The notes under the pieces: model-generated | Databases searched by the model: none | The model's input: only the letters and a program-made list of their open reading frames with translations | Told to the model about the DNA's origin: nothing | Source: Bispira polyomma | Taxonomy: Eukaryota | Length of the DNA: 64,000 bases | Assembly (NCBI GenBank): GCA_965649765.1 | Contig: OZ287750.1 | Span: 16,988,001 to 17,052,000, forward strand | Direction of reading: 5' to 3' | Shown here: positions 10,256 to 23,375 of the stretch, in pieces | Layout: the number at the start of each line of letters is the position of its first letter | How positions within the stretch are numbered: position 1 is the stretch's first letter | Translations under genes and position numbers: made by a program

Positions 10256-13200
10256 GTAAGTACAGACTTAGTTAGAGGGTGGTTGTCATAAGTCAGTTTG
10301 GCTGGCCTCAGATAACGCTAATGATCCGGTAAGTACAGGATTAGTTAGAGGGTGGGTGTCATAAGTCAGTTTGGCTGGCCTCAGATAACGCTAATGGTCT
10401 GGTGAGTACAGACTTATTTAGAGGGTGGGTGTCATAAGTCAGGCTGGCTGGCCTCTGATAACGCTAATGATCCGATGAGTACAGACTTATTTAGAGGGTG
10501 GGTGTCATAAGTCAGGCTGGCTGGCCTCAGATAACGCTAATGATCCGGTGAGTACTGACTTATTTAGAGGGTGGGTGTCATAAGTCAGGCTGGCTGGCCT
10601 CAGATAACGCTAATGATCCGGTAAGTACAGACTTAGTTAGAGGGTGGTTGTCATAAGTCAGGCTGGCTGGCCTCTGATAACGCTAATGATCATGTAAGTA
10701 CTGAATTAGTTAGAGGGTCGTTGTCATAAGTCAGTTTGGCTGGCCTCAGATAACGCTAATGGTCTGGTGAGTACAGACTTAGTTCTAGGGTGGTTGTCAT
10801 AAGTCAGGCTGGCTGGCCTCTGATAACGCTAATGATCCGGTAAGTACTGACTTAGTTAGAGGGTGGTTGTCATAAGTCAGGCTGGCCTCAGATAACGCTA
10901 ATGATCCGGTAAGTACAGACTTAGTTAGAGGGTGGTTGTCATAAGTCAGGCTGGCTGGCCTCAGATAACGCTAATGATCCCGTAAGTACAGACTTAGTTA
11001 GAGGGTGGTTGTCATAAGTCAGGCTGGCTGGCCTCTGATAACGCTAATGATCATGTAAGTACTGAATTAGTTAGAGGGTCGTTGTCATAAGTCAGTTTGG
11101 CTGGCCTCAGATAACGCTAATGGTCTGGTGAGTACAGACTTAGTTCTAGGGTGGTTGTCATAAGTCAGGCTGGCTGGCCTCTGATAACGCTAATGATCCG
11201 GTAAGTACTGACTTAGTTAGAGGGTGGTTGTCATAAGTCAGGCTGGCCTCTGATAACGCTAATGATCCAGTAAGTACAGACTTAGTTAGAGGGTGGTTGT
11301 CATAAGTCAGTTTGGCTGGCCTCAGATAACGCTAATGATCCGGTAAGTACAGGATTAGTTAGAGGGTGGGTGTCATAAGTCAGTTCCGGTAAGTACAGAC
11401 TTAGTTAGAGGGTGGTTGTCATAAGTCAGTTTGGCTGGCCTCAGATAACGCTAATGGTCTGGTGAGTACAGACTTATTTAGAGGGTGGGTGTCATAAGTC
11501 AGGCTGGCTGGCCTCTGATAACGCTAATGATCCGATGAGTACAGACTTAGTTAGAGAGTGGGTGTCATAAGTCAGGCTGGCTGGCCTCAGATAACGCTAA
11601 TGATCCGGTGAGTACTGACTTAGTTAGAGGGTGGGTGTCATAAGTCAGGCTGGCTGGCCTCAGATAACGCTAATGATCCGGTAAGTACAGACTTAGTTAG
11701 AGGGTGGTTGTCATAAGTCAGGCTGGCTGGCCTCAGATAACGCTAATGATCCAGTAAGTACAGACTTAGTTAGAGGGTGGTTGTCATAAGTCAGGCTGGC
11801 TGGCCTCAGATAACGCTAATGATCCCGTAAGTACAGACTTAGTTAGAGGGTGGTTGTCATAAGTCAGGCTGGCTGGCCTCTGATAACGCTAATGATCATG
11901 TAAGTACTGAATTAGTTAGAGGGTCGTTGTCATAAGTCAGTTTGGCTGGCCTCAGATAACGCTAATGGTCTGGTGAGTACAGACTTAGTTCTAGGGTGGT
12001 TGTCATAAGTCAGGCTGGCTGGCCTCTGATAACGCTAATGATCCGGTAAGTATTGACTTAGTTAGAGGGTGGTTGTCATAAGTCAGGCTGGCCTCTGATA
12101 ACGCTAATGATCCAGTAAGTACAGACTTAGTTAGAGGGTGGTTGTCATAAGTCAGTTTGGCTGGCCTCAGATAACGCTAATGGTCTGGTGAGTACAGACT
12201 TATTTAGAGGGTGGGTGTCATAAGTCAGGCTGGCTGGCCTCTGATAACGCTAATGATCCGATGAGTACAGACTTAGTTAGAGAGTGGGTGTCATAAGTCA
12301 GGCTGGCTGGCCTCAGATAACGCTAATGATCCGGTGAGTACTGACTTAGTTAGAGGGTGGGTGTCATAAGTCAGGCTGGCTGGCCTCAGATAACGCTAAT
12401 GATCCGGTAAGTACAGACTTAGTTAGAGGGTGGTTGTCATAAGTCAGGCTGGCTGGCCTCAGATAACGCTAATGATCCAGTAAGTACAGACTTAGTTAGA
12501 GGGTGGTTGTCATAAGTCAGGCTGGCTGGCCTCAGATAACGCTAATGATCCCGTAAGTACAGACTTAGTTAGAGGGTGGTTGTCATAAGTCAGGCTGGCT
12601 GGCCTCTGATAACGCTAATGATCATGTAAGTACTGAATTAGTTAGAGGGTCGTTGTCATAAGTCAGTTTGGCTGGCCTCAGATAACGCTAATGGTCTGGT
12701 GAGTACAGACTTAGTTCTAGGGTGGTTGTCATAAGTCAGGCTGGCTGGCCTCTGATAACGCTAATGATCCGGTAAGTATTGACTTAGTTAGAGGGTGGTT
12801 GTCATAAGTCAGGCTGGCCTCTGATAACGCTAATGATCCAGTAAGTACAGACTTAGTTAGAGGGTGGTTGTCATAAGTCAGTTTGGCTGGCCTCAGATAA
12901 CGCTAATGATCCGGTAAGTACAGGATTAGTTAGAGGGTGGGTGTCATAAGTCAGTTCCGGTAAGTACAGACTTAGTTAGAGGGTGGTTGTCATAAGTCAG
13001 TTTGGCTGGCCTCAGATAACGCTAATGGTCTGGTGAGTACAGACTTATTTAGAGGGTGGGTGTCATAAGTCAGGCTGGCTGGCCTCTGATAACGCTAATG
13101 ATCCGATGAGTACAGACTTAGTTAGAGAGTGGGCGTCATAAGTCAGGCTGGCTGGCCTCAGATAACGCTAATGATCCGGTGAGTACTGACTTAGTTAGAG

Positions 13201-16200
13201 GGTGGGTGTCATAAGTCAGGCTGGCTGGCCTCGGATAACGCTAATGATCCCGTAAGTACAGACTTAGTTAGAGGGTGGTTGTCATAAGTCAGGCTGGCTG
13301 GCCTCTGATAACGCTAATGATCCAGTAAGTACAGACTTAGTTAGAGGGTGGTTGTCATAAGTCAGGCTGGCTGGCCTCAGATAACGCTAATGATCATGTA
13401 AGTACAGACTTAGTTAGAGGGTGGGTGTCATAAGTGAGGCTGGCTGGCCTCAGATAACGCTAATGATCCCGTAAGTACTGACTTAGTTAGAGGGTGGTTG
13501 TCATAAGTCAGGCTGGCTGGCCTCTGATAATTCTAATGATCATGTAAGTACTGACTTAGTTAGAGGGTGGTTGTCACAAGTCAGGCTGGCTGGCCTCAGA
13601 TAACGCTAATGATCCGGTAAGTACAGACTTAGTTAGAGGGTGGTTGTCATAAGTCAGTTTGGCTGGCATCAGATAACGCTAATGATCCGGTAAGTACAGG
13701 CTTAGTTAGAGGGTGGTTGTCATAAGTCAGTTTGGCTGGCCTCAGATAACGCTAATGATCCCGTAAGTACAGACTTAGTTAGAGGGTGGTTGTCATAAGT
13801 CAGTTTGGCTGGCCTCAGATAACGCTAATGGTCTGGTGAGTACAGACTTATTTAGAGGGTGGATGTCATAGTCAGGCTGGCTGGCCTCTGATAACGCTAA
13901 TGTTCCGGTAAGTACAGACTTAGTTAGAGGGTGGTTGTCATAAGTCAGTTTGGCTGGCCTCAGATAACGCTAATGGTCTGGTGAGTACAGACTTATTTAG
14001 AGGGTGGGTGTCATAAGTCAGGCTGGCTGGCCTCAGATAACGCTAATGATCCGGTGAGTACTGACTTAGTTAGAGGGTGGGTGTCATAATTCAGGCTGGC
14101 TGGCCTCTGGTAACGCTAATGATCCGGTAAGTACAGACTCAGTTAGAGGGTCGTTGTCATAAGTCAGGCTGGCTGGCCTCTGATAACGCTAATGATTCGG
14201 TAAGTACAGACTTAGTTCCAGGGTGGTTGTCATAAGTCAGGCTGGCTGGCCTCTGATAACGCTAATGATCCAGTAAGTACAGACTTAGTTAGAGGGTGGT
14301 TGTCATAAGTCAGGCTGGCTGGCCTCAGATAACTCTAATGATCCAGTGAGTACAGACTTATTTAGAGGGTGGGTGTCATAAGTCAGGCTGGCTGGCCTCT
14401 GATAACGCTAATGATCCGGTAAGTACAGACTTAGTTCCAGGGTGGTTGTCATAAGTCAGGCTGGCTGGCCTCTGATAACGCTAATGATCCAGTAAGTACA
14501 GACTTAGTTAGAGGGTGGTTGTCATAAGTCAGGCTGGCTGGCCTCAGATAACTCTAATGATCCAGTGAGTACAGACTTATTTAGAGGGTGGGTGTCATAA
14601 GTCAGGCTGGCTGGCCTCAGATAACGCTAATGATCCGGTAAGTACAGACTTAGTTAGAGGGTGGTTGTCATAAGTCAGGCTGGCTGGCCTCTGATAACGC
14701 TAATGATCATGTAAGTACTGAATTAGTTAGAGGGTCGTTGTCATAAGTCAGTTTGGCTGGCCTCAGATAACGCTAATGGTCTGGTGAGTACAGACTTAGT
14801 TCTAGGGTGGTTGTCATAAGTCAGGCTGGCTGGCCTCTGATAACGCTAATGATCCGGTAAGTACTGACTTAGTTAGAGGGTGGTTGTCATAAGTCAGGCT
14901 GGCCTCAGATAACGCTAATGATCCGGTAAGTACAGACTTAGTTAGAGGGTGGTTGTCATAAGTCAGGCTGGCTGACCTCAGATAACTCTAATGATCCCGT
15001 AAGTACAGACTTAGTTAGAGGGTGGTTGTCATAAGTCAGGCTGGCTGGCTTCAGATAACGCTAATGATCCGGTAAGTACAGACTTAGTTAGAGGGTGGTT
15101 GTCATAAGTCAGGCTGGCTGGCCTCAGATAACGCTAATGATCATGTAAGTACAGACTTAGAAAGAGGGTGGTTGTCATAAGTCAGGCTGGCTGGCCTCAG
15201 ATAACGCTAATGATCATGTAAGTACAGACTTAGTTAGAGGGTCGTTGTCATAAGTCAGTTTGGCTGGCCTCTGATAACGCTAATGATCATGTAAGTACAG
15301 ACTTAGTTAGAGGGTGTTTGTCATAAGTCAGGCTGGCTGGCCTCTGATAACGCTAATGATCCGGTAAGTACAGACCTATTTAGAGGGTGGGTGTCATAAG
15401 TCAGGCTGGCTGGCCTCAGATAACGCTAATGATCCGGTAAGTACAGACTTAGTTAGAGGGTGGTTGTCATAAGTCAGGCTGGCTGGCCTCTGATAACGCT
15501 AATGATCCGGTAAGTACAGACTTAGTTAGAGGGTGGGTGTCATAAGTCAGTTTGGCTGGCCTCAGATAACGCTAATGATCCGGTAAGTACAGGATTAGTT
15601 AGAGGGTGGGTGTCATAAGTCAGTTCCGGTAAGTACAGACTTAGTTAGAGGGTGGTTGTGATAAGTCAGGCTGGCCTCTGATAACGCTAATGATCCGGTA
15701 AGTACAGACTTAGTTAGAGGGTGGGTGTCATAAGTCAGTTTGGCTGGCCTCAGATAACGCTAATGATCCGGTAAGTACAGGATTAGTTAGAGGGTGGGTG
15801 TCATAAGTCAGTTCCGGTAAGTACAGACTTAGTTAGAGGGTGGTTGTCATAAGTCAGTTTGGCTGGCCTCAGATAACGCTAATGGTCTGGTGAGTACAGA
15901 CTTATTTAGAGGGTGGGTGTCATAAGTCAGGCTGGCTGGCCTCAGATAACGCTAATGGTCTGGTGAGTACAGACTTAGTTAGAGGGTGGGTGTCATAAGT
16001 CAGGCTGGCTGGCCTCAGATAACGCTAATGGTCTGGTGAGTACAGACTTAGTTAGAGGGTGGTTGTCATAAGTCAGTTTGGCTGGCATCAGATAACGCTA
16101 ATGATCCGGTAAGTACAGGCTTAGTTAGAGGGTGGTTGTCATAAGTCAGTTTGGCTGGCCTCAGATAACGCTAATGATCCCGTAAGTACAGACTTAGTTA

Positions 16201-19200
16201 GAGGGTGGTTGTCATAAGTCAGTTTGGCTGGCCTCAGATAACGCTAATGGTCTGGTGAGTACAGACTTATTTAGAGGGTGGATGTCATAGTCAGGCTGGC
16301 TGGCCTCTGATAACGCTAATGTTCCGGTAAGTACAGACTTAGTTAGAGGGTGGTTGTCATAAGTCAGTTTGGCTGGCCTCAGATAACGCTAATGGTCTGG
16401 TGAGTACAGACTTATTTAGAGGGTGGGTGTCATAAGTCAGGCTGGCTGGCCTCAGATAACGCTAATGATCCGGTGAGTACTGACTTAGTTAGAGGGTGGG
16501 TGTCATAATTCAGGCTGGCTGGCCTCTGGTAACGCTAATGATCCGGTAAGTACAGACTCAGTTAGAGGGTCGTTGTCATAAGTCAGGCTGGCTGGCCTCT
16601 GATAACGCTAATGATTCGGTAAGTACAGACTTAGTTCCAGGGTGGTTGTCATAAGTCAGGCTGGCTGGCCTCTGATAACGCTAATGATCCAGTAAGTACA
16701 GACTTAGTTAGAGGGTGGTTGTCATAAGTCAGGCTGGCTGGCCTCAGATAACTCTAATGATCCAGTGAGTACAGACTTATTTAGAGGGTGGGTGTCATAA
16801 GTCAGGCTGGCTGGCCTCTGATAACGCTAATGATCCGGTAAGTACAGACTTAGTTCCAGGGTGGTTGTCATAAGTCAGGCTGGCTGGCCTCTGATAACGC
16901 TAATGATCCAGTAAGTACAGACTTAGTTAGAGGGTGGTTGTCATAAGTCAGGCTGGCTGGCCTCAGATAACTCTAATGATCCAGTGAGTACAGACTTATT
17001 TAGAGGGTGGGTGTCATAAGTCAGGCTGGCTGGCCTCAGATAACGCTAATGATCCGGTAAGTACAGACTTAGTTAGAGGGTGGTTGTCATAAGTCAGGCT
17101 GGCTGGCCTCTGATAACGCTAATGATCATGTAAGTACTGAATTAGTTAGAGGGTCGTTGTCATAAGTCAGTTTGGCTGGCCTCAGATAACGCTAATGGTC
17201 TGGTGAGTACAGACTTAGTTCTAGGGTGGTTGTCATAAGTCAGGCTGGCTGGCCTCTGATAACGCTAATGATCCGGTAAGTACTGACTTAGTTAGAGGGT
17301 GGTTGTCATAAGTCAGGCTGGCCTCAGATAACGCTAATGATCCGGTAAGTACAGACTTAGTTAGAGGGTGGTTGTCATAAGTCAGGCTGGCTGACCTCAG
17401 ATAACTCTAATGATCCCGTAAGTACAGACTTAGTTAGAGGGTGGTTGTCATAAGTCAGGCTGGCTGGCTTCAGATAACGCTAATGATCCGGTAAGTACAG
17501 ACTTAGTTAGAGGGTGGTTGTCATAAGTCAGGCTGGCTGGCCTCAGATAACGCTAATGATCATGTAAGTACAGACTTAGAAAGAGGGTGGTTGTCATAAG
17601 TCAGGCTGGCTGGCCTCAGATAACGCTAATGATCATGTAAGTACAGACTTAGTTAGAGGGTCGTTGTCATAAGTCAGTTTGGCTGGCCTCTGATAACGCT
17701 AATGATCATGTAAGTACAGACTTAGTTAGAGGGTGTTTGTCATAAGTCAGGCTGGCTGGCCTCTGATAACGCTAATGATCCGGTAAGTACAGACCTATTT
17801 AGAGGGTGGGTGTCATAAGTCAGGCTGGCTGGCCTCAGATAACGCTAATGATCCGGTAAGTACAGACTTAGTTAGAGGGTGGTTGTCATAAGTCAGGCTG
17901 GCTGGCCTCTGATAACGCTAATGATCCGGTAAGTACAGACTTAGTTAGAGGGTGGGTGTCATAAGTCAGTTTGGCTGGCCTCAGATAACGCTAATGATCC
18001 GGTAAGTACAGGATTAGTTAGAGGGTGGGTGTCATAAGTCAGTTCCGGTAAGTACAGACTTAGTTAGAGGGTGGTTGTGATAAGTCAGGCTGGCCTCTGA
18101 TAACGCTAATGATCCGGTAAGTACAGACTTAGTTAGAGGGTGGGTGTCATAAGTCAGTTTGGCTGGCCTCAGATAACGCTAATGATCCGGTAAGTACAGG
18201 ATTAGTTAGAGGGTGGGTGTCATAAGTCAGTTCCGGTAAGTACAGACTTAGTTAGAGGGTGGTTGTCATAAGTCAGTTTGGCTGGCCTCAGATAACGCTA
18301 ATGGTCTGGTGAGTACAGACTTATTTAGAGGGTGGGTGTCATAAGTCAGGCTGGCTGGCCTCAGATAACGCTAATGGTCTGGTGAGTACAGACTTAGTTA
18401 GAGGGTGGGTGTCATAAGTCAGGCTGGCTGGCCTCAGATAACGCTAATGGTCTGGTGAGTACAGACTTAGTTAGAGGGTGGTTGTCATAAGTCAGGCTGG
18501 CTGGCTTTAGATAACGCTAATGATCTGGTAAGTACAGACTTAGTTAGAGGGTGGTTGTCATAAGTCAGGCTGGCTGGCCTCAGATAACACTAATGATCCA
18601 GTAAGTACAGACTTAGTTAGAGGGTGGTTGTCATAAGTCAGGCTGGCTGGCCTCTGATAACGCTAATGATCCAGTAAGTACAGACTTAGTTAGAGGGTGG
18701 TTGTCATAAGTCAGGCTGGCTGGCCTCTGATAACGCTAATGATCCAGTAAGTACAGACTTAGTTAGAGGGTGGTTGTCATAAATCAGGCTGGCTGGCTTT
18801 AGATAACGCTAATGATCCGGTAAGTACAGACTTAGTTAGAGGGTCGTTGTCATAAGTCAGTTTGGCTGGCCTCAGATAACGCTAATGGTCTGGTGAGTAC
18901 AGACTTAGTTAGAGGGTGGGTGTCATAAGTCAGGCTGGCTGGCCTCAGATAACGCTAATGGTCTGGTGAGTACAGACTTAGTTAGAGGGTGGTTGTCATA
19001 AGTCAGGCTGGCTGGCTTTAGATAACGCTAATGATCTGGTAAGTACAGACTTAGTTAGAGGGTGGTTGTCATAAGTCAGGCTGGCTGACCTCTAATAACG
19101 CTAATGATCCGGTAAGTACAGACTTAGTTCCAGGGTGGTTGTCATAAGTCAGTTTGGCTGGCCTCAGATAACGCTAATGATCATGTAAGTACAGACTTAG

Positions 19201-20148
19201 TTAGAGGGTGGGTGTCATAAGTGAGGCTGGCTGGCCTCAGATAACGCTAATGATCCCGTAAGTACTGACTTAGTTAGAGGGTGGTTGTCATAAGTCAGGC
19301 TGGCTGGCCTCTGATAATTCTAATGATCATGTAAGTACTGACTTAGTTAGAGGGTGGTTGTCACAAGTCAGGCTGGTTGGCCTCAGATAACGCTAATGAT
19401 CCGGTAAGTACAGGCTTAGTTAGAGGGTGGTTGTCATAAGTCAGTTTGGCTGGCCTCAGATAACGCTAATGATCCCGTAAGTACAGACTTAGTTAGAGGG
19501 TGGGTGTCATAAGTCAGTTTGGCTGGCCTCAGATAACGCTAATGGTCTGGTGAGTACAGACTTATTTAGAGGGTGGATGTCATAGTCAGGCTGGCTTGCC
19601 TCTGATAACGCTAATGTTCCGGTAAGTACAGACTTAGTTAGAGGGTGGTTGTCATAAGTCAGTTTGGCTGGCCTCAGATAACGCTAATGGTCTGGTGAGT
19701 ACAGACTTATTTAGAGGGTGGGTGTCATAAGTCAGGCTGGCTGGCCTCAGATAACGCTAATGATCCGGTGAGTACTGACTTAGTTAGAGGGTGGGTGTCA
19801 TAATTCAGGCTGGCTGGCCTCTGATAACGCTAATGATCCGGTAAGTACAGACTCAGTTAGAGGGTCGTTGTCATAAGTCAGGCTGGCTGGCCTCTGATAA
19901 CGCTAATGATCCGGTAAGTACAGACTTAGTTCCAGGGTGGTTGTCATAAGTCAGGCTGGCTGGCCTCAGATAACGCTAATGATCCGGTAAGTACAGACTT
20001 AGTTAGAGGGTGGGTGTCATAAGTCAGGCTGGCTGGCCTCAGATAACGCTAATGATCATGTAAGTACAGACTTAGTTAGAGGGTGGTTGTCATAAGTCAG
20101 GCTGGCTGGCCTCAGATAACGCTATTGATCATGTAAGTACAGACTTAG
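10214..20148 (+). repeat. 73-bp intronic tandem array (~135 units) containing the SZT2 exon end and 5' splice site
   Basis: Unit GTCATAAGTCAGGCTGGCTGGCCTCWGATAACGCTAATGATCCG|GTAAGTACAGACTTAGTTAGAGGGTGGTT. The first copy overlaps the coding exon. Confidence 0.98.
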
Positions 20149-20360
20149 GGGAATCATAGTTAGTGGTGCTTGTAAACTTAAGGCTTTTAAGCCGCTGATA
20201 GGGGGCTGTTTGGTAAGCCTTTGTCAGAACATTGGACATTTATAATATTGTGACACAAAGTACTGTTATGTAAATATTAAGAATGGTACTTCAACACCTT
20301 TGGCCATTTTATGAAAATTCCATTTCTGAACAAAGTGCTCCAGGTAGAGTTTTTTTTAGA

Positions 20361-20492
20361 GTTTCTGTACTTGTGGCTTATTTCAGTCACTTGTTTGGAT
20401 GTATTTGGAGAACAGTTTCTGCACTTGTGGCTTATTTCAGTCACTTGTTTGGATGTACTTAGATAACAGTCTGTACTTCTGGCTTATTTCAG
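20361..20492 (+). repeat. ~54-bp tandem repeat of the SZT2 3' splice site (2.5 copies)
   Basis: TCTGYACTTSTGGCTTATTTCAG ends at 20386, 20440 and 20492. Confidence 0.85.
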
Positions 20493-20647
20493 TTGCTCCA
20501 AAGACTGAGTTGTGGTGAGTTTGAAGAGCTCCTACAGATCGTATGTAAGGAGCCGCTACATACTTTTGACAAGAGCCTGATGCCGCTACATAACATGCCT
20601 CGTTCCTGGTACCAAGCACTATTTAAAGTACTCATCACTAAATATGG
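20493..20647 (+). CDS. SZT2: SZT2 coding exon
   Basis: ttatttcAG|...TAT GG|GTGAGT. Reads LLQRLSCGEFEELLQIVCKEPLHTFDKSLMPLHNMPRSWYQALFKVLITKYG, resembling SZT2 'RLxxxELEELL...SWYQSLIKVL'. Phases are consistent. Confidence 0.9.
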
Positions 20648-21060
20648 GTGAGTGAGCTTAGATCTACAAAGTGTACACATATTAACGCCAAATAGAAAGA
20701 AGTCTTCATAGACTTCATACAGTATTTGTTCCTGTTTAAACATTGCAGTATTCATTTGTAATAAGTCTTTTAGTAAAGCTACTCAAATATTCCATCAGTT
20801 TTTTTATGCCCCTGTACACCAAGTTACATTCCAAAATGTAGTAGGAACTTTACCAAGTGAATTGTGTTATATACTGCTGTGTTGGTAGATACTTGACGCT
20901 GTTTAGTTAGTTTAAGGTCTCATTAGAGACGGTTTATCAAGATAATAGCCCTAATCCTCTTTTAGTCGTGACTTTCTTTTGACATGAAGTTGAGTTTATG
21001 ATCTATCATCAAAACAGGTTCTCATTCCTTGATACTGTTAATTAGTGTGTTATATTTCAG

Positions 21061-21148
21061 AGATTACCACAGATCGTTCCACAACTGGGACAGCTCTATA
21101 CAACACCTGGTCATCCCTAACCCCAAAGCTCTGGATATGTTCATGTTG
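21061..21148 (+). CDS. SZT2: SZT2 penultimate coding exon
   Basis: tatttcAG|A GAT TAC...ATG TTG|GTAGGT. Reads DYHRSFHNWDSSIQHLVIPNPKALDMFML, in frame with its neighbours. Confidence 0.88.
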
Positions 21149-21181
21149 GTAGGTATTTATTATTCAGGGACTAATAGATCA

Positions 21182-21425
21182 GGGCCCGTATTCTCGAACG
21201 TATACTCAGCTTAAACTGATACTCAACTCAAATATAGGCTATGTGGAAATCATTGTACATGGAAATAACCTGTACTTGTGACCATTCATTTTAATAGAGC
21301 TTTCAACACTGAATTCAAATATGAAGTCAGATTTTAGATATGTTCACTGTATCCAGAATTATAGAGAATCCAGATTTGAGTTGAGTATGAGTTTGAGCTG
21401 AGTATACGTTCGAAAATACCAGCTC
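21182..21425. mobile_element. MITE with ~50-bp TIRs (GGGCCCGTATTC type, Harbinger-like)
   Basis: gtattctcgaacgtatactcagcttaaactgatactcaactcaaat is inverted to atttgagttgagtatgagtttgagctgagtatacgttcgaaaatac. Confidence 0.8.
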
Positions 21426-21499
21426 AAATCTCAGCTTAATACCACACCTGGAGTATCAGACTCAAGGAAATAGGAAATTGATGTCTGCTTTATAGAAAA

Positions 21500-21790
21500 G
21501 ATTTAAATTTGGTATGAAATATAAAATCTCTATTTTAAGGTGACTTTAAAATTAAAATATTCAGGAAATAGAATGACTATAAGGTTACAAAATTGACTTT
21601 AGCTTGATGGATTTGAGAGATAGTGTCCTGGATAGTGTCCCTATTTTAAGGTGACCTTAAACTCATAATGTTAAGGAAATAGGAGTGACTTTAGGGTCAC
21701 AAAATTTACTTCTGGCTTAAGGATTTTATCCAGATTTGATATGTGGAGAGACTTAGGCTTAGAGAAGATCCCTATTTTAAGGTGACCATA
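21500..21790. repeat. Diverged ~115-130-bp tandem repeat, 3 copies
   Basis: CTATTTTAAGGTGAC at ~21530, 21641 and 21772. Confidence 0.65.
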
Positions 21791-22037
21791 AATACACAAA
21801 AATGCTAACTCCTAGTATAAATTGACCTCAAACTTGTTTTTGTTTACCTCCAAATTGACAGCTTACCCTGGTGTATACTAAATGGTAAACATCTGAAATT
21901 AATTCTTATTGGATGCTGTTCCGTATGGAAGATCGGAAGTTTCAGGCTGTTTGGCTTGTAGGATAAGTCTACATTAGGATAATGGAATTTTGGGAGAGTA
22001 AAACTCATATTATTAACTTAACTATTTAGATGACATA

Positions 22038-22243
22038 AGTTTGTTTGACAGAGATTATACTGTATCTGTAACTCTACTGTTTTACAATTTACATTCAGGC
22101 CACCATAGATACCATTGGTAACAGGGCGGACTAATACTGACTATTTGGATAAGAGAAGTTTGTTTTATACAGATTATACTGTAACTCTACTGTTACACTG
22201 TCCTTTTTAGGCCACCATAGATACCAGCGGTAACAGGACAGAC
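22038..22243 (+). repeat. ~115-bp tandem duplication spanning the SZT2 last acceptor
   Basis: AG|GCCACCATAGATACCA..GGTAACAGG occurs at 22099 and 22211, each preceded by agattatactgta..aactctactgtt. Confidence 0.85.
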
Positions 22244-22354
22244 TTGTGTGCAGTATTCCGTAAACAGAGTTGTCAAGACGACGCAGTCACCCAGTCTCAT
22301 GTGGAGGCCTTTGTCAACACCTGCTGTTACCATATATGGAGTTGTGTTTTGTGA
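22211..22354 (+). CDS. SZT2: SZT2 terminal coding exon
   Basis: ctttttAG|GCC...TTG TGA. Reads ATIDTSGNRTDLCAVFRKQSCQDDAVTQSHVEAFVNTCCYHIWSCVL*, resembling the SZT2 end 'HLESVINTACFTLW..LL'. Confidence 0.9.
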   Translation, partial: ATIDTSGNRTDLCAVFRKQSCQDDAVTQSHVEAFVNTCCYHIWSCVL

Positions 22355-22449
22355 CATCTCAAAGGACAGATTCTCTGAACAGTGTCTAGTTTTTTTGTTT
22401 TGTGTGGTGGTGATCCTTGTCATTCTTGATAAATGTGATATTTGGGATG

Positions 22450-22644
22450 CAGTCAAACCTCCATATAGTGAATGCTTATGGTACCCAGCCAAATTGTTCA
22501 GTATAAATAGGTCTTCACTCTATAAAGAGATACAACTGTACAATTCACCAGTATTAAAACTGGGATTTGTTAAAAAGTGTTCACCATAGGGAGGATAGGG
22601 AGGTGGTCAGTATGTGGAGCCGTTCACTATACGAGGTTTTACTG
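22450..22644. mobile_element. Tc1/pogo-type MITE in the SZT2 3' UTR region
   Basis: CAGTCAAACCTC.ATATAGTGAA...TTCACTATACGAGGTTTTACTG followed by TA. Confidence 0.65.
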
Positions 22645-23375
22645 TAGAGCAATCTGTATTCCTTAATCTATGTGTGTAATGTACAATGTATTATCATTGT
22701 CTTCTATTGGAAGATTGCCAGGCAGTGGGATCTACCGTATTGTCTGTTATAATGGCTTCTAATTATGACCCTCGCCCCCACCAGCCATTGTTAAGAGATG
22801 TATCGCTCACTTGTAAATTTGTGTTGTTACATTTCAGCCATTGATAGGTGTCGAACCATGGTCACAGGAAGTTTTAAAATTTCATACATAGTATAAGTAT
22901 TGATTAGTGACTTTAGATATATGGTCGTACTCTGACATAAGTTTTGACCTTGGATCTATGCACACAACCTTAAACATCTTTACCAGACATCAACTTTGAC
23001 TTTGGATCTATGCATACAACCTAAAACATCTTCGCCCGACTAAGTCTCAGAGAGTTGTTAGATGAAGTTCAAATTTGGTATAATTTTTTTTTTGACCTTT
23101 ATAAACAGTTTTATTTTGAAATACATGTACTGTATTCAAAAATTTAATGGTATGTTAATATGTTAAGGGTCAATTTACTGATTCTTGAATAAAGAAGATG
23201 CCCTTCTACATAAACTCAAATTTGGGGTTAAACACAATTTACTTTATGTCTTCCAAATATATTCAGTCATAATCTGTATTATAAATGTGTATGAAATAAT
23301 TACATGAAGGGAGTTCTCAATATCCAAACTAAAATGCCTGAAACCCATAGCAATTTTTGTGTGATTGATTACTTG

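Noticed and set aside
10214-20148. CRISPR-like or ribozyme array
   Set aside because: There are no unique spacers, only point variants. CTGATAA resembles a hammerhead core but has no GAAA or stem II partner, and the context is a eukaryotic intron.
10214-20148. Telomeric repeat or coding repeat
   Set aside because: TTAGAGGG is not tandem TTAGGG. The 73-bp unit is not a multiple of 3 and the ORF track shows no ORF there.
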